A stretch of DNA of 64,000 bases, taken from positions 22,859 to 86,858 of the forward strand of contig CACJBA010000003.1 in NCBI GenBank assembly GCA_902591535.1. Direction: 5' to 3'. Under the pieces are notes generated by a model that saw only the letters and a list, made by a program, of their open reading frames with translations, was not told the DNA's origin and searched no databases. Positions 58,311 to 64,000 of the stretch are shown here, one piece after another. Source of the stretch: an uncultured Pelagibacteraceae bacterium. GTDB lineage: Bacteria > Pseudomonadota > Alphaproteobacteria > Pelagibacterales > Pelagibacteraceae. How positions within the stretch are numbered: the first letter of the stretch is position 1; each line of letters opens with the position of its first letter. Position numbers and translations under genes: made by a program.

Positions 58311-59372
58311 ATGGATTCATCGAGTTCAGCTATAAAAATTCAAAATGTTTGGAAAGTATTTGGTAATACTTCTCCTGAAGCGTTAGATGCAATCCAAAAC
58401 AAAGGAATTTCAAAAACAGAAGCTTTAGAAGAATATAATTCAGTCATTGGTGTTTCAGATGTTTCATTTGATGTTAATCAAGGTGAAATATTTTGTGTAA
58501 TGGGTCTTTCAGGTAGCGGAAAATCTACACTAGTCAGACATATAAATAGGCTATTAGAACCTACATCTGGGAAAATTTTAATCAATGATCAAGATGTAAT
58601 GCAGCTAGATAGAGATCATTTACAGGAATTAAGAAACAAAAAAATAGGTATGGTTTTTCAAAACTTTGCCTTAATGCCTCATAGATCTGTAGTAGATAAT
58701 ATTGCAATGCCTCTAGAGATAAGAGGGGTTAGTAAAAATGACCGTCTAGATGCAGCGAATAAAATTTTAGAAATTGTGGAGTTGCAAGGATGGGGAAACA
58801 AATTTGCTCATGAATTGTCAGGAGGTATGCAACAAAGAGTAGGACTTGCAAGAGCACTTGCGGCAGATCCAGAGTTTCTTTTAATGGATGAACCTTTTAG
58901 TGCATTGGATCCACTAATTAGAAGGCAACTTCAATCAGAATTTATCAAGCTTTCAAAACAAATGAAAAAGACCACTGTCTTTATAACTCATGATTTAGAT
59001 GAGGCCGTAAGAGTAGGACATAGAATTGCAATCATGAGAGATGGTAAGGTAATACAAATTGGAACTCCTGAACAAATTGTCGTTAGTCCTGCTGATGAAT
59101 ATGTTGCAGATTTTGTAAAAGGAATTTCTAGACTTAAAGTTGTTCAAGCAAAAACAATAATGCAAACAATTCAAGATTATGAGAGTACCAATGGAAAACT
59201 AGATGAAAATTTACAAAGTGTAGGTGAAAATGAATTATTAAGTAAATTAATTGAAGTTTCAAAATCTAATCAGAAAGCATTGATTGTTAAAAATAATGAA
59301 CAAAAAAATATTGGTGTGATTACTCAGTCAGATCTTTTAAGAGCTGTGATAGAGGGTGGGGATGGAGAATAA
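58311..59372 (+). CDS. proV: Betaine/proline ABC ATP-binding protein
   Basis: MGLSGSGKST, LSGGMQQRVGLARAL, DEPFSALDPLIR; CBS-like tail. Confidence 0.92.
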   Translation: MDSSSSAIKIQNVWKVFGNTSPEALDAIQNKGISKTEALEEYNSVIGVSDVSFDVNQGEIFCVMGLSGSGKSTLVRHINRLLEPTSGKILINDQDVMQLDRDHLQELRNKKIGMVFQNFALMPHRSVVDNIAMPLEIRGVSKNDRLDAANKILEIVELQGWGNKFAHELSGGMQQRVGLARALAADPEFLLMDEPFSALDPLIRRQLQSEFIKLSKQMKKTTVFITHDLDEAVRVGHRIAIMRDGKVIQIGTPEQIVVSPADEYVADFVKGISRLKVVQAKTIMQTIQDYESTNGKLDENLQSVGENELLSKLIEVSKSNQKALIVKNNEQKNIGVITQSDLLRAVIEGGDGE

Positions 59373-60867
59373 ACAAATAATTAACCCATCTAGATCTGAA
59401 TTGATAACTGACTTTGTTAAATCAAATCCAGAATACTATATTAAGGAATTTCAAAAAATTGGAAGCAAACCTTCGTTCTCATTTTCATTTAATATTTATG
59501 CAGGAATTCTAGGTCCAATATGGTTTGGCATGAGAAATATATGGAATTGGGCTTTAGCTTTTTTGATAATTGAAACTTTTTCGGTAGTACAAATTATAAG
59601 AGGTTTGTTTGGAAATATTACTAAAGAGGCTGTTGAAAAAATAAAACAAGTTGAATCTACAATTGCATTTAGAAACAAGCAGCTTGAAGCAGCTATTACT
59701 AATAACCCAGATAAAGTTGATGTTTATAAACGGAATATTAAATCTTTAGAGGATGCAATGCAGGGATATATTGATGAAGTTGCTCGAATTGAAGCATCTG
59801 CTATTTGGATTACAATTTTCGGTATTGCTTTACTAATTTTAATTAAAATTATTCAGGGAATTTTAGCTAATTCCATTTTAGAAAAAAGATACTCTGAATG
59901 GTTATCAGACAAGACAATCAGACCAGGAATGCAAACTAAGAACTTTATTTCAAGCACAATATTTGCAGCAGTAATTATATTTTTCTCTGTTGTTCATTAT
60001 AGTTTTCCAGGTGTTATTACTATTATGGATGATTTTCCAACTCATCCAGACATAAGACTAACATCAATTAAATGGGTAGAAACTATTTTTGATTACGCAG
60101 TTTTAAAAGGGGATGCACTTTTTACAGCAATTACTATTGGAATTAGATCTGTATTAGATTTCTTAGAATTACTATTTGTAAAAACTCCATGGATAGTAAT
60201 CATTACAACTATAGTAACTTTAACTGGACTAGCTGCAGGCCCAAGGGCTGCAATTTATTCAGCTGGATTTTTATGTTACATGGGATTTTTAGGTTTTTGG
60301 GTAAAAGCAATGACTACTTTGGCTCTCCTTGGAACAGCTGCAGTATTAAGTATTGTAATAGGTATTCCACTTGGAATTTTTTGTGCAAGGCGTCAGAGAT
60401 TTTACTCAATGATAAGACCAATAATGGATTTCATGCAAACAATGCCAGCCTTTGTCTTCATGATTCCAGTAATAGCATTCTTTGGTACAGGAAAAGTTGC
60501 AGCAGTAATTATTACAATGATTTTTGGAGGGACACCTGTTGTTAGATTAACAGTTCTAGGATTAAGAGGTGTGCCTGAAACAATTAGAGAAGCTGCAATT
60601 GCTTACGGAGCATCTAAATGGTATTTATTACGTAAAGTAGATTTGCCATTAGCAACTCCTTCTATATTGGCAGGTGTAAACCAAACTGTAATGCTAAGTT
60701 TAGCTATGGTAGTTGTTGCATCATTAATTGGCGCAAAGGGTCTTGGACAAGATGTTTTAGAAGCACTTCAGTATGCTAATGTTGGTCAAGGAATTCTAGC
60801 TGGTGTAGCTATATTATTTGTAGCTCTTATTCTTGATAGGGTTGTTCAAGGTAAGAAAAGAGTTTAA
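59362..60867 (+). CDS. proW: Betaine/proline ABC permease with N-terminal DUF2628-like extension
   Basis: C-terminal DFMQTMPAFV, VRLT.LG, EAA.AYGA, GVNQT.ML; about 230-aa extra N-terminus. Confidence 0.88.
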   Translation: MENKQIINPSRSELITDFVKSNPEYYIKEFQKIGSKPSFSFSFNIYAGILGPIWFGMRNIWNWALAFLIIETFSVVQIIRGLFGNITKEAVEKIKQVESTIAFRNKQLEAAITNNPDKVDVYKRNIKSLEDAMQGYIDEVARIEASAIWITIFGIALLILIKIIQGILANSILEKRYSEWLSDKTIRPGMQTKNFISSTIFAAVIIFFSVVHYSFPGVITIMDDFPTHPDIRLTSIKWVETIFDYAVLKGDALFTAITIGIRSVLDFLELLFVKTPWIVIITTIVTLTGLAAGPRAAIYSAGFLCYMGFLGFWVKAMTTLALLGTAAVLSIVIGIPLGIFCARRQRFYSMIRPIMDFMQTMPAFVFMIPVIAFFGTGKVAAVIITMIFGGTPVVRLTVLGLRGVPETIREAAIAYGASKWYLLRKVDLPLATPSILAGVNQTVMLSLAMVVVASLIGAKGLGQDVLEALQYANVGQGILAGVAILFVALILDRVVQGKKRV

Positions 60868-60876
60868 CTATTCTTA

Positions 60877-61482
60877 ATGGAATATGCTTTATTAGGTTTT
60901 TTTACAGGATTAAGTTTAATTTTAGCTTTAGGAGCACAAAATATTTTTGTAATTGAGCAAGGATTAAAAAAACAATATGTATTCCTCATTTGTCTAATCT
61001 GTTCTTTATCTGATTTAATCTTAATATTTTTAGGTATCTTTCTTTTTCATTATTTTAATCAATATTTTAATCAAACAGTAGAATTAATTTTTAATATACT
61101 TCTTGTAATATTTTTACTGCATTTTATTTATATAAAAATTAAAACTCACTATTCAGATATTCATTTTCATAATGATTTAACGAGTATTTCAAAAACAAAT
61201 ATAATTATTAAAACACTTGGATTTACTTATCTTAATCCACATGTCTATTCAGATACAGTTTTTTTTCTAGGAAATTTTTCTAAAAATTATCTATTAAATC
61301 AGAAAATATCTTTTGGTATTGGTGCGGCTATTGCTTCATTTTTATTTTTTTTTACTTTAGGATATTTATCTAATTATTTATCGAAGTATGCTAAAAGTAA
61401 AAAAATTTGGAAAGTAATAAATATTTTTATTATATGTTTTATGTCTATATTAATTTTATTTATTATTAAGGAAATGTTATGA
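60877..61482 (+). CDS. LysE/ArgO family amino acid exporter
   Basis: SLILALGAQN..V..QG, LNPHVY.DT. Confidence 0.9.
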   Translation: MEYALLGFFTGLSLILALGAQNIFVIEQGLKKQYVFLICLICSLSDLILIFLGIFLFHYFNQYFNQTVELIFNILLVIFLLHFIYIKIKTHYSDIHFHNDLTSISKTNIIIKTLGFTYLNPHVYSDTVFFLGNFSKNYLLNQKISFGIGAAIASFLFFFTLGYLSNYLSKYAKSKKIWKVINIFIICFMSILILFIIKEML

Positions 61483-62234
61483 GCGATATTTATGTAGATG
61501 ATATAGGCGAAGGGTTTCCTTTTGTTTTTGTTCATGGTTATCTAGGTTCATCTGAAATGTGGACTTTTCAAAAAGAATTTTTTTCAAAAGATTACCGTGT
61601 AATTATCCCGGCTCTACCAGGTTTTGGTGAAAGTCATAATGTAAAATCTTTAGACTCTATTACTAAAATGGCAAAAAAAATTATAAATGTATTAGATGAA
61701 AAAAAGATAGATAAATTCAATTTAATTGGTCATTCAATGGGCGGAATGATAGTTCAAGAAATTACAAAATTGATTGGAGATAGAGTTAACAAATTAATTT
61801 GTTTCGCGACAGGATCAATTGGCGATATCCCGGGAAGATTTGAAACTATGGATGAAACAAGAGAAAAACTTAAGAAAGAAGGTGCTCAAATCTCTTTTTC
61901 TAGAGTACCACCTAAGTGGTTTGTAAAAGGCGATAAGGATAAAAATTATTTTCTTTGTGAAAATGCAGTTAAAAATGTTTCACTAGAAACTGCTGACAAT
62001 GCATTACTAGCAATGAAAAGTTGGAGAGGGATAGATAATCTAAAAAATATAAAAAATGAAACCCTTATTATATGGGGCGATAAAGACACCTCTTATAATT
62101 TTGATCAAGTCGATACATTAAATAGAAACATAAAAAATAGTCGTATAAAAATTTTTAAAAATTGTGCTCATAATGTTCACTTAGAACAGCCTGATGAATT
62201 TAATAATTTAGTAAAAGAATTTATTTCAAAATAA
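61479..62234 (+). CDS. Alpha/beta hydrolase
   Basis: HGYLG, GHSMGG nucleophile elbow, WGDKD, AHNVH. Confidence 0.9.
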   Translation: MSDIYVDDIGEGFPFVFVHGYLGSSEMWTFQKEFFSKDYRVIIPALPGFGESHNVKSLDSITKMAKKIINVLDEKKIDKFNLIGHSMGGMIVQEITKLIGDRVNKLICFATGSIGDIPGRFETMDETREKLKKEGAQISFSRVPPKWFVKGDKDKNYFLCENAVKNVSLETADNALLAMKSWRGIDNLKNIKNETLIIWGDKDTSYNFDQVDTLNRNIKNSRIKIFKNCAHNVHLEQPDEFNNLVKEFISK

Positions 62235-62883
62235 TATTTTTATTAAGTCTATAAACTTTTTTATAAGCACCAATAAATTTTTTTGAGGAATGAAATTTTC
62301 CAGGAAAAATTATACATTTTATTTTAGCTCGCCTAGCTGAATTTAGACTTTCTTGAGTATCTTCAATGGCCACACAATCATTTGCTTTAAGCTTTAGTTT
62401 TTTAAGTGACAATAAGTATATATCTGGGTTGGGTTTTAATCTTTTTACTAATTTTGCATTTCCTATAAAGTTAAAATCTCTTGTATTAATCGAATTTCTC
62501 AAAGAATATAAAATTGCATTTATATTGTTTGAAGATGTAGATGAAACAAATGCAATTTTAATTTTATTTTTTTTGCATATAGCAATTAAATTTTTTACAC
62601 CTGGCCTTAATTTAAGATGATTTTTTTTAAGATAATTATTAAATATTTTAGTTTTTAAATTTCTTAAATATGCTGAGTCTACAACTTTTTTTTTCTTTTT
62701 TGCATATCTTGATATTCTACCTTTGCCTCCAGATTTGCTTAATAAATTTTGATACTCATGTTTAGTCCAATTCCATTCGAGTCCATATTGTTTGAATGCT
62801 TCATTGAATGACTTTCTTTGAATTTCTGAAGTTTCAACAATTGATCCAATAGAACCAAAAAGTAATGCTTTATAATATTTCAA
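62221..62883 (-). CDS. HAD superfamily CbbY-like protein (motif I Asp absent)
   Basis: FGSIGSIVETSE, FNEAF, GGK.R, RPGV, KPNPDIY, AIED. Confidence 0.8.
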   Translation of the reverse strand: MKYYKALLFGSIGSIVETSEIQRKSFNEAFKQYGLEWNWTKHEYQNLLSKSGGKGRISRYAKKKKKVVDSAYLRNLKTKIFNNYLKKNHLKLRPGVKNLIAICKKNKIKIAFVSSTSSNNINAILYSLRNSINTRDFNFIGNAKLVKRLKPNPDIYLLSLKKLKLKANDCVAIEDTQESLNSARRAKIKCIIFPGKFHSSKKFIGAYKKVYRLNKNIILK

Positions 62884-63761
62884 CCTTTTACTGCTCCAGC
62901 TGTCAAACCACTAATAACCTGTCTTTGGAAAAACATAACAAGCATAAATAAAGGTGCAGTAGCAGATACAACTGCGGAGACTGCCCACATTAAATTACCT
63001 TCATGTTGATTTGTACCTAAATAACTTTGTATTTTTGGAACCATTGTATGATTTTCTTGATTAAGAAGTAATGCAGTTACTGTAAAATCATTGTAAGCTA
63101 ACATTAGACTAAATAATCCTGCTGTAATTACTCCAGGCCACATCACAGGCATAATGATATGCCTAAAAGCTTGGAAATATGAACAACCATCTATTAAAGC
63201 ACTTTCATCAAGTTCTTTAGGAACCGTTTTGAAAAAGGAATAGAGTAACCATAGTGTAAAAGGCTGATTTATTGCAACCAAAACAACAATTGTAGTTGGA
63301 AGAATTCCCCAGATCTGCAGTTCAAAGAAAGGAAAAAGATAACCTGAGACTAAAGTTATATGTGGCATAGCTCTAAAAATTAAAGCCGCCATCAAAATCC
63401 AAAATGCATATTTTTCCGTCGATCTTGAAAGGGCATATGCACCCAATGTTCCTAAAAATAGAGAAATACTAACAACAAAAACAGTAACTATAATTGTATT
63501 TTTTGATGCTTTCCAAAACTCACCTTCAGTCCAAGCCTGTGTGTAGGCATTTGTTGTAAATTTTCCACCTGTTTCAATTAAGGTATTAAATGCTGATATA
63601 GCATACCACCAATCAGATCTAGAAAAGAAATCAGCTCTTACTTTAAATGATCCCCAAAAAGTCCAAATAAAAGGAAAGCAAGCAATTAACAACCAAGTGA
63701 TAATAAAAATAGTATTAAAAGTTTTTAAACGAGCTGATTTTGTATCTAATCCATAATCCAT
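62880..63761 (-). CDS. Carbohydrate ABC transporter permease
   Basis: ELDESALIDG EAA motif; FFQRQVISGLTAGAVKG. Confidence 0.92.
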   Translation of the reverse strand: MDYGLDTKSARLKTFNTIFIITWLLIACFPFIWTFWGSFKVRADFFSRSDWWYAISAFNTLIETGGKFTTNAYTQAWTEGEFWKASKNTIIVTVFVVSISLFLGTLGAYALSRSTEKYAFWILMAALIFRAMPHITLVSGYLFPFFELQIWGILPTTIVVLVAINQPFTLWLLYSFFKTVPKELDESALIDGCSYFQAFRHIIMPVMWPGVITAGLFSLMLAYNDFTVTALLLNQENHTMVPKIQSYLGTNQHEGNLMWAVSAVVSATAPLFMLVMFFQRQVISGLTAGAVKG

Positions 63762-63763
63762 AA

Positions 63764-64000
63764 TTATCTCGCTGTTTTAAATTCTTTCCAAGTTCTTATT
63801 AAAACTGGTGCTAGCAGAATAGCTATACCAATAATAGTCATCATTGAAGTAGCCGCAGCAGAACCAAACAATATTACTTCCTCGTTAACTAAATTATCAT
63901 ATATTAACCAAGATAAAGACTGCGCACTTCCTTCAGCACTAAATCCTATAATGGGTTCAAATACTCTAAAGTTGTCCATTAAAGAAATTAAAGCAACAAA
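63764..64000 (-). CDS. Carbohydrate ABC transporter permease, 3' part (start outside window)
   Basis: ...MDNFRVFEPI...SLSWLIY...GSAAA, typical permease C-terminus; frame open to the window edge. Confidence 0.8.
   Translation of the reverse strand, partial: FVALISLMDNFRVFEPIIGFSAEGSAQSLSWLIYDNLVNEEVILFGSAAATSMMTIIGIAILLAPVLIRTWKEFKTAR

Noticed and set aside
1-64000. CRISPR arrays, IS elements, rRNA/tRNA genes, defence systems
   Set aside because: No repeat-spacer pattern, transposase, nuclease or structural RNA signature seen by eye.

Overview
This is an AT-rich, very gene-dense chromosomal window with minimal intergenic DNA. Gene content and style fit a streamlined marine alphaproteobacterium, most likely Pelagibacteraceae/SAR11 (inferred, not database-confirmed). 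I see no rRNA, tRNA, CRISPR array, IS element or prophage. Main blocks: (1) 1-18.4 kb, a methylated-onium (betaine/DMSP-type) catabolic region. A divergent ProX-like binding protein is followed by a co-directional run of Rieske oxygenase, BHMT, two dimethylglycine/sarcosine dehydrogenase paralogs, a SAM methyltransferase, a DddP-like M24 enzyme, an unexplained APS-kinase-like plus NadM-like pair, a BesD/HalD-like 2OG oxygenase, a BT1 folate transporter and ETF/ETF-QO. (2) hisI, folE, acuI and a VtlR/LsrB-like LysR regulator. (3) An Fe(III) ABC operon behind tandem Fur-like boxes, interrupted by a small Cys-motif ORF, a GC-rich nested hairpin and a peroxiredoxin. (4) Persulfide dioxygenase and a cytochrome b561/c' pair whose starts overlap head-to-head. 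(5) A structured intergenic element carrying a 9-codon ORF with a perfect SD (30.8-31.0 kb). (6) A 14-kb non-phosphorylative sugar-acid catabolic cluster with a TRAP transporter. (7) ppc, ccdA, azoreductase, a gamma-butyrobetaine hydroxylase-like gene, a tightly coupled cluster of six tiny enzyme-fold proteins of unknown function, cysE-cysK, a second betaine-type ABC transporter and the end of a sugar ABC operon. The best candidates for undescribed biology are the accessory enzymes of block 1, the RNA/micro-peptide elements at 23.8 and 30.9 kb, the sugar-acid route that could yield pyruvate plus glycolate, and the small-protein cluster at 52.4-54.5 kb.
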